Source: a virus (taxonomy: Duplodnaviria > Caudoviricetes). From it: a stretch of 64,000 nucleotides of DNA. Positions within the stretch are counted from its first letter, which is position 1, and each line of letters opens with the position of its first letter. Below are positions 1-11,201 of the stretch, in pieces. The DNA is taken from positions 1-64,000 of the IMG/VR virus record IMGVR_UViG_3300014039_000541, one strand, 5' to 3'. The notes below the pieces were generated by a model. It made no database searches and was not told the origin of the DNA. It saw nothing but the letters and a program-made list of their open reading frames with translations. The translations under genes were made by a program, and so were the position numbers.

Positions 1-1899
1 TCCACTAAAACAGACGGTAACGCTGTATCTAGTTCATCTACATTACAAAGTGACATTACATTATATGCTCGATGGACGCAACCTGACGCATATATTAAAG
101 TATATTGGGACCCAAAAGGAGGTACATTTACAAAAACTGATAAAACTAGTACAACAACATCTACTATATATGATTATCATGGAAAAACATTTAAATGTCA
201 ACCTTCTGATTTAGGATATAATAACTATCCAACAAAAACAAATTATACATTTAAAACATGGTGTACTAATGCAGGTTTATTATGTTATTCAAACACATTT
301 CCACTTAGTGTAAATAATAAACAAGGAATAGTCTGGGATTTTTATGCAACTTGGGCTGTAACAAATATAACAATTACATGGAATGGTAATGGTGGTACAT
401 GGGATGACGGAAAATTATCTCAAACATCTAAAGGAACATATGGGAAAACAATAAATGCATATGGTTCAAATCCTACAAAAACTAATACAACTTCTGAAAC
501 ATATACGTTTAAAGGCTGGGGTGAAACATCAAGTTCTATAAATACTATAACATTCCCTTATAGTTTGACAAATCCATCAGGTTCAATAACATTATATGCT
601 ATATATTCAAATTCAACAAGAAGTTATACAATAGAATGGAAGAGTTACCCTATATATAATTTCTATTCTAAAGATGACCAAACATATGAATCATCAACAA
701 CGACAACAGAAAACTATGGTACAAAATACAAAGATATATCTATTCCTACAGGTGTTAAGGTTACTTTATATAATTCAGACAAAACAGAGCAATATAAGTC
801 AAATGGAAGTTGGTATACTACTGAAACTGGTAATATAGTTATTAAAGATAATGACACTACAGTAACAGGTGATACTACATTCTATTTACATTTCAGTACA
901 AATTATAAAGTTATATTAGATTGTAATGGCGGACAAGTATCTAGTTCAGATAAATCAACAAAATGGGAAATTTACGTAACATCATTTAAATATGATGATT
1001 ATAAACCTGTTAAAACTGATTATACATTTGCAGGATGGAATATAAGAGATACTGACACATCTGGAACATTAACAGGTTCATAGAAAGTTTCAGAAGCAAA
1101 AACATATTATGCAACATGGTCTAAAGATTCTGTTACAATTACATGGAGAAATCACACAAATGGTGCTGTGGTAATATGGGCAGATGGTACAGCGGAAGAT
1201 AAAAAAAGTTCTGTTAAAAAAGGTACAAAATATAATGAATTATCAGCGCCAGCATCATTTGCTGATATTATTGAAGATGCTACGTTCATACGATATACTG
1301 CAGCATGGTATACAAAACCATACGGTGGTACTTTAATTTCAAAAACAGAAACAGCAATAACAACTGCGACATATGTATATACATAGTTTACATATGTATC
1401 AGCTAAAGTTAGCCTTTATCCAAATGGTGGTTCATTAGTAGTAAGTGATACAACATATACAACCAGTCCATATGTTATATATGTAAAATCAATCAATTTA
1501 GGCAGTTATACTCCAACGAGAAGTGGATATAACTTTAAAGGATGGGCAGAAACAAGTTCTGCAACATCAGGTTCAACTTCTACTGTTACAATTAAAACTG
1601 CTACACCTTATTATGCCGCATGGAAACAAGTATTTACAGTTACATGGAATCTTAATGGTGGTACATATAATAGTTCAACCACTAATCCTACTCAATCTGT
1701 TGAATCCGGTAGTACAGTATCATTCAGTACTTATACACCTACTAAATCTGGATATACATTCCAAGGTTGGGCAGAATCAAATTCTGCAACTTCCGGAAGC
1801 ACATCAGGTAATTCAGCTGCAATTACATCGAATAAAACATTCTATGCTATATGGAAGTCTGCAGCACTTACACCAATACTTCTTATATTAGCAAGTTAA
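1..1899 (+). CDS. Surface/virion protein with tandem Listeria-Bacteroides (InlB B-repeat/Flg_new-like) repeats; 5' partial; TAG=Gln
   Basis: Frame 1 is open from base 1 to TAA 1897-1899 apart from TAG at 1081 and 1384. Repeated units of type 'W..NGG...PTKSGYTFQGW......T.YA.W'. Confidence 0.8.
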
Positions 1900-1917
1900 T
1901 ATAATAATACATAAATT

Positions 1918-1958
1918 AAAGAACTGTAAATTATCAAAAAGATTTACAGTTCTTTTTT
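1918..1958 (+). terminator. Rho-independent terminator
   Basis: AAAGAACTGTAAAT...ATTTACAGTTCTTT inverted repeat followed by a T-run. Confidence 0.75.
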
Positions 1959-1997
1959 ATTTAATAAATATTATACATAATATAAGAATATTAATAT

Positions 1998-3122
1998 ATG
2001 AAAAAGAATATATATAAGTTATTAAAATTATATGAATCATCGTCCGATCTATTTGATGATGATATTTTAGGAGATGAAGAAAATACAGGCTTAATAGATT
2101 AGGAAATATCATCAAAAATAGCATCGAATGATTTAAAACCAGTTATCATAGATTTATTAGGTGTTGATAAGCCTCGTGCATGGAAATATGATAGAGATAA
2201 GGATGGAAATCAAATATTAACACATGAAAGTAAAATATCATATGGTATGGATGCATATGGAGAAAAAGTAATGAACCAACTTAAAGCAAAAGGATTTACT
2301 GAATATACAGCATCAAATTGTCCATATGCATTTACACATGGCATAGATTATATGAAAGCTCAGAAATTACTTCGTCCAAATTATAATTTTCCTTCACCAG
2401 GGCAACCAATGTTTAATGCATATAATGCTGATATTGAAAAGTATACAATTTGGGTATGTCATACATTTCCTAAAATGCCGTCAATTATTCAAGATATATT
2501 TAAAAAAGATATGTATTGTCATAAAATATTATTATCTGAAGATGAAGGCATAATTTTTATGGAACATCGATATACAAATGAAGGTAGATATTCATTTAAA
2601 GATATTGCAACCATTAAATTAACAGGTAAAGTTATATATGATGAGAAGGATTCTGATGATTAGAAAAATATCATTAAGAATACTAAAGATAGAGAAAAAC
2701 GATTATCATTTTTAAAAAATAGGTATAAAAAAACAGTAGGTACAGGAATAACGCAATTTATTAAATATTTTGATTTAGATAAAAATAATGAGCCTTATGG
2801 AGTTATGTATTTTAACTGGAATAAATCTATTAATGCATCAAAGGTATCAAAGCAATATAAAATACCTGTATTCTTATTATGGTTATTATAGAAAGATATA
2901 TATCCATTAAATGAATTAGAAAAAGAAGATGATTCTGCTGAATATGAATTAACATCAAAGGGTATAACATTTGATTTTTATGCTATGATAGATACAAGAT
3001 TTGCAAATAATGAAAATACGGCAAAAGATCCTATAATATTAAGAAATGCAACTCCTAATTCATGTATAACTGTTAAACTATCAGATTATGCTTTAGAACA
3101 ATATCATGATATTTTCGATTAA
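1998..3122 (+). CDS. Hypothetical protein, 374 aa, TAG=Gln
   Basis: ATG 1998, three in-frame TAG (first two at 2100 and 2661), TAA 3120-3122. Includes track ORF 2247..2663. N-terminus KLYESSSDLFDDDILGD. Confidence 0.75.
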
Positions 3123-3134
3123 TAACAATATATA

Positions 3135-3163
3135 AAAGGAAGATCATCATTGATCTTCCTTTT
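3135..3163. terminator. Bidirectional terminator between convergent genes
   Basis: AAAGGAAGATCA...TGATCTTCCTTT inverted repeat with A and T runs on the flanks. Confidence 0.65.
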
Positions 3164-3455
3164 TAATTTCTAGAATATATACACATTTATTTTCAATTTT
3201 CATACTAATAATAGATGTGATAATTTTATCTTCATCTATTTTATTTCCTACACTCAAAAATGGTCCTCCATCTGGATCTATAAAATTAATATCTGTATAA
3301 TCTGGTTTACAATTAATATCATTATTAAATCCGACTCTCATATAATGAAATATTTCATCTGGTCCATGTAACTGATATTCATGTTCAGATATTTGCTCAA
3401 GATAAACACCTTTATAATATCTATTATATAATTCTATTCTTTTCTTAGTTTCCAT
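3147..3455 (-). CDS. Hypothetical protein
   Basis: 102-aa ORF with protein-like composition, TGA stop. Confidence 0.65.
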   Translation of the reverse strand: METKKRIELYNRYYKGVYLEQISEHEYQLHGPDEIFHYMRVGFNNDINCKPDYTDINFIDPDGGPFLSVGNKIDEDKIITSIISMKIENKCVYILEIKKEDQ

Positions 3456-3490
3456 AAATCTTTTACTAATTTCTGTTATATAATTTATAA

Positions 3491-3811
3491 ATGAAAATTA
3501 TTAAAATGTTTTATAAAATATATTATATTGATTTACATATTGTAGAAGATATTAAAAAATTATTAGATAAACTTCATAAATTAGGTTATCCAGAAACATA
3601 CTTATCCGACTTTAGTTTTTGTCCATATCTTATTATTCATAAAGACTTTGAACATAACAAATATCCTGTATATGAAAATATAAATAAAGGATATTTAGAT
3701 AGTATGATGTCTAAAGTTATTCTTATTGAATGTAAATCATCATCAGAATTAATTGAATATGCTTATGAGTTAACAAAAGATAATAATTCTATAAGCAATG
3801 GTCTTTTTTAA
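3491..3811 (+). CDS. Hypothetical protein
   Basis: 106-aa ORF filling the gap; the start may be at an internal Met. Confidence 0.55.
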   Translation: MKIIKMFYKIYYIDLHIVEDIKKLLDKLHKLGYPETYLSDFSFCPYLIIHKDFEHNKYPVYENINKGYLDSMMSKVILIECKSSSELIEYAYELTKDNNSISNGLF

Positions 3812-4572
3812 TGAATTTTAAATATAGGTTCTCTATATAATGATATTTTATTACATGTATTCCAATCAAAATTAGTATTAAACATCAATGGTAATCTAAA
3901 AACATTTATATATTCATCATTCATAAATATATCACAGTCTGAAGTTATGATAATATCAAAATTATCTGGAATATTATCATTTAAATATTGAATTGCATCA
4001 ACATCAAATACACATCCTTGAAATACTATATACTGTGATATATTATTCTTTATTTGATATTCATTCCGTATTTCTTCTAACCATTGTAAATTATCAACAA
4101 ATGATTTATCTATCATATTATTATCTTTATGTTTATTGTTATTTAACATATTCATAAAGATAATATCATTAAATATTGTTCTATCATCATATATTGGTTC
4201 TAATTCTATCTTCTGTATATATGGAATGCATCTAAATAAATTAATGTCTAAAATACCTAATCTATAATTTGTTTGTCTATTATGAAATTTAAATCCATTT
4301 AATGATTTAATTTTTAATGTAACATTATAAGGATCATTTACATTATATGAAAAACTATTCCAATATCCATCATGGTATCTTCCTTTTGTCTCATTAAGAT
4401 ATGCTCTCCATACATCATAATTAGTTCCTCTCATATTAAGATATGAATTTTTCTTAAGTTCCGTAATATTATTACCTATTAAATTAGTTAATGATTCAAC
4501 TCCTGTATCATTAAATACAGAAGATGAATCATCACCAATTAAAATATCATCATCAAAAAGATTATCTATCAT
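3808..4572 (-). CDS. Hypothetical protein
   Basis: 254-aa ORF coupled (TAATG) to the topoisomerase subunit; N-terminus MIDNLFDDDILIGDD. Confidence 0.7.
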   Translation of the reverse strand: MIDNLFDDDILIGDDSSSVFNDTGVESLTNLIGNNITELKKNSYLNMRGTNYDVWRAYLNETKGRYHDGYWNSFSYNVNDPYNVTLKIKSLNGFKFHNRQTNYRLGILDINLFRCIPYIQKIELEPIYDDRTIFNDIIFMNMLNNNKHKDNNMIDKSFVDNLQWLEEIRNEYQIKNNISQYIVFQGCVFDVDAIQYLNDNIPDNFDIIITSDCDIFMNDEYINVFRLPLMFNTNFDWNTCNKISLYREPIFKIH

Positions 4573-5996
4573 TATTTAAAATCATTTTCAAGAGATTTTC
4601 TCAATTCACTTAAATCATTAAGATACATGTCCTTAATAGTTGTTTTCTTAATATACTTAAGTTCTTTTTCAATCTCCTTATTCTTCTTAATCAATTCTTT
4701 CTTCTCTTCATCAGTTAACTTAGAAATCTGAATTTGTAATACAGTTTCAGGTAAATTATATTTCTTCAAATCATCCTTTACATCTTTTCTCTTTCTATTA
4801 GAGATAACTAATTCACCACTGTTAACTAATTCTATAAATTTACAAATATTATTGTTTTCCTCATAACGTTTTTCCATGACAGAAACTAATCTATCTTTCC
4901 TATCATTATATTTGTTAAGACGAATATTAACAAAATATTTAATAAGTTCTTCCTTATTGATAAAATGCTTTACTTTCTTATGTTCATCAAGAACATAAAG
5001 TAAATCATCTGGTACATATGTATATAATCCAATTTTCTTAAAAAGTTTATCTTTACGTTCTGGTTTCATCTCACGTTCAAGTTGTTTCTTAGGAAATATC
5101 AACCAATAATTCAACTTATCATCCTGAGAATAATTCTTCCAATCCTTAAGATACCCTTTTTCTACCATATCATTAAGTTTCTTCTCAAACTTATCAAATC
5201 CCATATCATATGGAAGGTCTGTTACCTGAAATATATCATTCTTAATATCTACCTTATATACACCTGAATTCAACCATTTACCAGCATCTTTATCAAATGT
5301 AAATCTATCTTCTTCAATACCTCTAACATAAGGTCTAATAATAGTTTCCTTAATATCACCTGTATTCAATACTTCTGTACATGCGTCGATAATATCAATA
5401 GGGTTATAAGAAAATGAACTGAATTTATAACCTGGTGCCATACCTTCTGCACGTGCAGTAATAACAGTAGGAATAATAGGCCAATAATTTACTGGTTCAA
5501 GATAAGCACCTTCATCAAAAACATATTCAAGAAGATCTTCATCTACTTTATAAAGTTTTGCGTATGGAGATAACTTACAATAAAGATAACGTGGAGCTGA
5601 AACAGCTTTTTCATCACGTAACGAACCATGTTGACCAGTTATGGTAATAGGATGCAGGTTATCACGGAACTCTGCAGACATTGTAAACATTGTATTTACC
5701 AAACTCGCGTCACCATGTTGATATAATGTTAAATTATAAACATCGCCAACCAAATTCAAATTCTTGATCTCAGACCCATTTTTCATACCTCCATGGAAAG
5801 CAGCATGCATAATCTTTCTAGCTCCTACTTTAAATCCATCAAGAAGACTCGGTAATGCTCTTGTAGCAATTACATATTTTGTATAATCCTTATAATCTGT
5901 ATTTAAAAAATCTGTTATAGTTCTTACTACTTTCTTATTACTATCTTCAATAATATGTGCGTCTAAACCTTTAACTTTCTTTGTTGTTACTTTCAT
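4572..5996 (-). CDS. DNA topoisomerase II, GyrA/ParC-like (T4 gp52-like) subunit
   Basis: RALPSLLDGFKVGARK, YQHGDASL and catalytic SAPRY motifs; no TAG codons. Confidence 0.93.
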   Translation of the reverse strand: MKVTTKKVKGLDAHIIEDSNKKVVRTITDFLNTDYKDYTKYVIATRALPSLLDGFKVGARKIMHAAFHGGMKNGSEIKNLNLVGDVYNLTLYQHGDASLVNTMFTMSAEFRDNLHPITITGQHGSLRDEKAVSAPRYLYCKLSPYAKLYKVDEDLLEYVFDEGAYLEPVNYWPIIPTVITARAEGMAPGYKFSSFSYNPIDIIDACTEVLNTGDIKETIIRPYVRGIEEDRFTFDKDAGKWLNSGVYKVDIKNDIFQVTDLPYDMGFDKFEKKLNDMVEKGYLKDWKNYSQDDKLNYWLIFPKKQLEREMKPERKDKLFKKIGLYTYVPDDLLYVLDEHKKVKHFINKEELIKYFVNIRLNKYNDRKDRLVSVMEKRYEENNNICKFIELVNSGELVISNRKRKDVKDDLKKYNLPETVLQIQISKLTDEEKKELIKKNKEIEKELKYIKKTTIKDMYLNDLSELRKSLENDFK

Positions 5997-6021
5997 TTAT
6001 TAAAATTATAGTTTCTTATAT

Positions 6022-7194
6022 TTATAATGTATTTTCTAAATATTGTTTTAATTCATCTAAAGAATAAAAAGTTTTATAATTTAAATTATTATCATATGCG
6101 GTTTTTATTTTTAATGGATCTCTTACAGTCCAAACATCTATTGCTGTATTATAAAATTTTGTATTTTTATTTTTCCATTTATTAAGTTTTTCTATATCAT
6201 TTAAATCATTTTCATTAAATACATGACCACCATGTGTCCAATGATAATTACATTCTATATATAAATTTAATGATTTGACATAAAAGTCACAATAAAATGG
6301 ATATAATTCGGTTTTATATTGAGTTAATACATTATTAATGCCAAATTTATTTTCTAATAAAGTTTTAGATTCATTTTCAGGTTTTGATGTATTAAATGTA
6401 CCTCTTAAACGTTTTGTTATATTAGTTTTCTTTTGAATAATATCTCGTTTATTTTCAACTTTATTTTGAATTTCTTCAGACATAAATGGTTTTTCCACTC
6501 CATATTTTTCAATATTTGTTTTTCTTACTTTTTCTGGATTAAATACACCACCATATTTTTTTATTTGTGTATCTATTGTTTTTTGATTTATTTGCTTATT
6601 TTGTGCTGACCATTCAACACCATAACGAATCAAATTTGTTTTCTTTATTTTATCTTTTACAAAATCTAACTACATTATATTATCAACACCATATTTTTCT
6701 AATAATGTTTGTTTACATTTATTTCTATTATTATAATGTGAATCACCATATCTGACAAAAAGAGTCTATTTTGTCTTTTCTCTAATTTCATTCATTTTTA
6801 ATTTTCGTTTATCCTATATTCTTTTTATAATATTAGGATCTTTCATATATGAATGATCTATTTTATTTTGAAATTCATCGGTTTTCATATATTCGTATTG
6901 ACATTTACGTGAACATGTTTTCCCATATAACATATTTGAAAGACCATAATATTTTACATATTTTCCACAAATTGGGCATTTAGGTTTTTCTTCTATATTA
7001 TATTTTATTCTATGAAGTATTTCTTTATAACTACAATTATTAGAATCGTTAAATCTATGTAACAAATATTTTTTTATATCATTATTATTTTCAATTATTT
7101 TATTGGATGATGATCTTATTCTATGTGGCATTGTAGTTGATGTGAAAAATAAAGAAATTATATATTCATCATTTATCTATTGTTTTTCTTCCAT
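6022..7194 (-). CDS. Putative free-standing homing endonuclease, 390 aa, TAG=Gln
   Basis: ATG 7194 with 4 in-frame TAG joins track ORFs 6814..7131 and 6022..6633. CPIC...CSRKC Zn ribbon, repeated K.T..EKYGV units, C-terminal Vsr/PD-(D/E)xK-like SKPE...CDFY...IECN..WTH. Confidence 0.75.
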
Positions 7195-7203
7195 AATTTT
7201 AAT

Positions 7204-8145
7204 TTAATAAAATGTTCCGTTTACATTAACTGACATATCATCGATGTTTATAGATACATATTCTTTCCAAGGACAAATCTTATTTGTTATTTCTTCAGGA
7301 ATACCTGAATTTTTAAATATATGATATAAATCCATTTGAGGACCATAATCAGAATATAATTTCCTAATATTCATATGTGTTTTATTTCTTCTAATTTTAT
7401 TAAATCTATTTTTGCCAGAAATATTATGACTATTTGGATTATTAAGAAATTTCTTTGTTTTACGAGGATACTTTCCTTTTTTAAATATATATGAAAGATA
7501 ATCATTATTATAACCAAAATATCGTGGAAACATAAGGCATCTCATTGTTTCCTTATAGAACAATTTCTTTTGAGAAACACTTACTTTATACATATATTTC
7601 TGTTTAAGATATGATCCTAATGCTTGACACATCAATGTTTGATCATTATGATATGACGTCCTCATACTTTGATATTCTTCATTGAATACATCTTTATAAA
7701 GCATATCAGCAGCAATTTTACATGCATCATATAACGTATGAATTGGTTGATGTTGCTCTTTATAATACTTTATTACATCATTAAACCAATCTTTTACACA
7801 ATATTTAGGTGCAATAACATGTTTATCTTTTAAATAATCTGAATACTTATCATACATGATTTTATTATAATCAGAAAAACCATAATACCATGCCATAAAT
7901 TGATCGAATTTTAAATTACTATCAATATCTTTTTTACTTAAAATACCGGTATCTATATCATCTTCCCTAATTATAAAATCAATATGTGAAACATTTTTAT
8001 TAATAAAATCAGTTAAAATATTATTTAATATATTAGCTGATTTAGAATTCATACATAACTCTATTAGTTCTATAACTTTATCTTTAGATAAATTATAACC
8101 ATATAATGGTTCTGGAAAACTATTAATTATTTCTTCTTTTGACAT
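7204..8145 (-). CDS. Hypothetical protein
   Basis: 313-aa ORF, no recognised motif. Confidence 0.7.
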   Translation of the reverse strand: MSKEEIINSFPEPLYGYNLSKDKVIELIELCMNSKSANILNNILTDFINKNVSHIDFIIREDDIDTGILSKKDIDSNLKFDQFMAWYYGFSDYNKIMYDKYSDYLKDKHVIAPKYCVKDWFNDVIKYYKEQHQPIHTLYDACKIAADMLYKDVFNEEYQSMRTSYHNDQTLMCQALGSYLKQKYMYKVSVSQKKLFYKETMRCLMFPRYFGYNNDYLSYIFKKGKYPRKTKKFLNNPNSHNISGKNRFNKIRRNKTHMNIRKLYSDYGPQMDLYHIFKNSGIPEEITNKICPWKEYVSINIDDMSVNVNGTFY

Positions 8146-8177
8146 AATAATCTTTATATATTAAAACTTTATATTTT

Positions 8178-8678
8178 TTAACATCCACCACTCCAATGAT
8201 GATATGGAGAACCATATGTATTACCACATCCTCCTGATGAATAATCATCATAATATTCTCTTGCTGTTTTTGTAACAGTTTTCTTCTTTTCCTTTTGTTT
8301 AACTGCCGTTATTTTTGAAGGAAATAAAGGATCTATAAAAGAATCATCAACATTTTTAAGAATTAAATGTTCTCCTTTATTATCTTGTATTCTAACATAA
8401 TCATCCATATCAATTACCGGTTGTTTTGGTAATATTTTATACATGAGGTCATTCATTATAGTTCGTTTTTCTTCCTCCTTCTTTTGTTTATAATCTTTAA
8501 GTTTTTCTGATAATTCAGAATCATCTATAGAATTAAGAGTATTATCTATATTCTTTATAGCTTCATCTATCTTATTAACAGAATCATAACTTGTAAGTAA
8601 TTCATTTCTATTTGCATGGGATGCTATATAATCACCTACATATTTTGTTATTGTATCTATAATATTTTTATAATCCAT
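8178..8678 (-). CDS. Hypothetical coiled-coil protein with Gly/Ser/Cys-rich C-terminal tail
   Basis: 166 aa, ending YYDDYSSGGCGNTYGSPYHHWSGGC. Confidence 0.7.
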   Translation of the reverse strand: MDYKNIIDTITKYVGDYIASHANRNELLTSYDSVNKIDEAIKNIDNTLNSIDDSELSEKLKDYKQKKEEEKRTIMNDLMYKILPKQPVIDMDDYVRIQDNKGEHLILKNVDDSFIDPLFPSKITAVKQKEKKKTVTKTAREYYDDYSSGGCGNTYGSPYHHWSGGC

Positions 8679-8696
8679 TTTTATTTTTATTTAATT

Positions 8697-9569
8697 TTAT
8701 GACCATCTCTGAACAATTTCACCATTTTCATATATTATACAAAAGAAATATTTCTTTGAAAATAATGGTCTTATTAGTATTTTCAATAAATCATTTATTG
8801 ATGCATGTTGTTTATGTGTTTTATAAAAACAACATCTTTTTATTGTAAAATCTGAATTTGATTTATATCCTAAATATGGTGATAAATCAAAATGTTTATT
8901 ACTACAACCATAAGCGAATGGTTTAGGTAATTTAAATCCAAATATATCCTCTAATGAAACATAAAGTTCATCATGTTCAAACATTTCTGCTAACTTAAAA
9001 TGAGAATACCCTAATTTTTCAAAATGTTTAATATTATCAATAAAATCTTCTTTTGAATCTAAATATCCTTTAATAGCATTTAGTGTTAATGAAACTTTAT
9101 TCTTATATGGAATTTCTTCAAATAATCTATCTCTATTATAAAGTGAAACACTATGTCTTATTTTGTCACCAACTTCTTGATCGTAATGTTGTGGTGATAT
9201 GATTAAATGATCTATCACTTTTATAATTTCAAAGAATGTTTCCTTTTCTGTCCAGCATGGTATAGGCATTGATGTAATTACAGTAACCGGTAATTTAGCA
9301 AATCTTTTTATATTCTTTACCAACTTAAGTAAGTCTTCTATATAAAGCATAGGTTCACCACCAGACACAGTAATTTCATCAATTTTATCTTTTATATTTA
9401 AAACAGATAAAAATATCTTATCAATATCTGGTTTTGAATTTCCAACGCCTTTATTAAATGCATCTATACAAAATGGACATTTATTTGAACAATTCTTTGT
9501 AAAATGTATTTGTGCTTCATTTAATATTTGATCACAAATATTATTATTTAATTTAAATAATTTTTTCAT
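8697..9569 (-). CDS. Radical SAM protein
   Basis: CxxxCxxC motif (CSNKCPFC) and VSGGEP motif. Confidence 0.88.
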   Translation of the reverse strand: MKKLFKLNNNICDQILNEAQIHFTKNCSNKCPFCIDAFNKGVGNSKPDIDKIFLSVLNIKDKIDEITVSGGEPMLYIEDLLKLVKNIKRFAKLPVTVITSMPIPCWTEKETFFEIIKVIDHLIISPQHYDQEVGDKIRHSVSLYNRDRLFEEIPYKNKVSLTLNAIKGYLDSKEDFIDNIKHFEKLGYSHFKLAEMFEHDELYVSLEDIFGFKLPKPFAYGCSNKHFDLSPYLGYKSNSDFTIKRCCFYKTHKQHASINDLLKILIRPLFSKKYFFCIIYENGEIVQRWS

Positions 9570-9613
9570 AATTCATCTTTGACCATAACTAACTATTATT
9601 TTTAATTTATATA

Positions 9614-9621
9614 CAAAAATA
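9614..9621 (-). promoter_or_regulatory. Bacteroidota sigmaA-type -7 element (TATTTTTG)
   Basis: Matches TAnnTTTG 45 nt upstream of the radical SAM ATG. Confidence 0.45.
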
Positions 9622-9700
9622 CATTTATTTTATTAATTAGGAAACATAAAGTCTTTACTATTAAAACAAATAAATATAAAAAGTTTTAATATTAAACACA

Positions 9701-11161
9701 ATGTCATTATATAAAGAATTAATGAATGGTATATCATATAGTTTAAAGAAATCATTAAATGAAATGGCAAAACGTATTGACCATAGAACATTAGATAGGA
9801 AATTATGGTTAAGTGTTGCGTCAGTTTGTTCAAGAAATAAAGCAACTGAATGTGAGTTGGTAAAACCTATGAAGAAACTTACTAAGGATGATTTACTTAA
9901 CAGATATGTTGCAGCTTTAATTATTATGAAAAAACCATGTCCAAAAAGTGAAAGGGATATAGATAAAATTAAAGTATTCAAATTATTTGGACACAGAATA
10001 TTAGATTTGGGTGGAACTATAGAAGAAATTCAATAGCTATATAATATTAATATGGGTATTTCATCTGAACCTGTACAAAAACAACCAGTTTCTAGAAAAA
10101 CACGTGTAACTGAACCTGTAATTTCAACTCCTAATGTTTCAAAACCACGTGCTAAACGTTCACCTATTAATAAAAAATATATTACAATACTAGATTCACT
10201 TATACAACATATACCTGTATCATTATATGATAGCAATGATTTAAAAACCAGTTTTGTTGGTAGTTATAACAAAGCATTTGATAAATGTGAAGTAGATATT
10301 GAAAAATATGTAAATAGTTTAGTTAGAAAATCTGGATAGAACTTTGATAAACTTATCAGTTTACTTCAAAATGATATTGTTAATTTTAATAAATTATTTA
10401 AAAGTACAAATGATGTATTATTTGAAATTTATGAAAATGTAGGCACTAGAAAAAGAGGTTGGGATACATTTTATCAATATTTAACTATTGATATAAAGGA
10501 AAATTCATATGATTGTTTTATTCATAATGAAGCTGCGTCATTCGCACCAGATGCAAGACGACGTGATTTCAATGAAAAATTTGATGGAAATAATTTATTT
10601 AAATATAATTTCACTGCATGTAGATATTTTGAAAATAAACCTAATATGATAAAATTATTTTCAAAAGGAGTATTTTTATATATTGTTAAACCTTATGTTA
10701 AATATAAACAAACAGGAGATGAATCTGGAAATGCAGAACATAGTGAAGAAACATTAATTAAATATAATATGGATAATAATCCTTCTAATTATTTTGAATG
10801 GGTAAAAGAAAATATTAAGCAAATATTAAAGAATAATCCTGATAAATTAATTAATGTTAATTATAATGATTGGAGTGGAGCTATTAAATCATTATATTAT
10901 AATACCGATGTGCGTAAATTTATTATACAATGTTATTTACAGTCTGGAAGTTCAGATATGAATAAATCTGATGTATTAATTAATTTAACAAAACTTTCAC
11001 CATCTGATACATATAGGAACAAATATATATCTAATAATGGATATACATATAGAGATTCAGACGATGCAGTTTATACATGTGTTGTTAAAGATTTAAATGC
11101 TTTTGGAGAAAAATTGTTTAATATTATCAAAGAAGATATTATAAAAGGTAAATTAATTTAA
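9701..11161 (+). CDS. Hypothetical protein, 486 aa, TAG=Gln (possible head-packaged protein)
   Basis: Track ORFs 9701, 10052 and 10646 share one frame, joined by TAG at 10034 and 10337. N-terminus MSLYKELMNGISYSLKKSLNE. Confidence 0.78.
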
Positions 11162-11167
11162 TATATA

Positions 11168-11201
11168 AAAAGGAAGATACTTATTATTGTATCTTCCTTT
11201 T
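11168..11201. terminator. Bidirectional terminator
   Basis: AAAAGGAAGATAC...GTATCTTCCTTTT between convergent genes. Confidence 0.75.

Noticed and set aside
1523-1891. 122-aa Gln/Leu/His-rich ORF
   Set aside because: Alternate frame of the repeat protein 1..1899.
6022-7194. Group I intron around the endonuclease
   Set aside because: Flanking genes are intact, and the spacers (25 and 9 nt) leave no room for intron structure.
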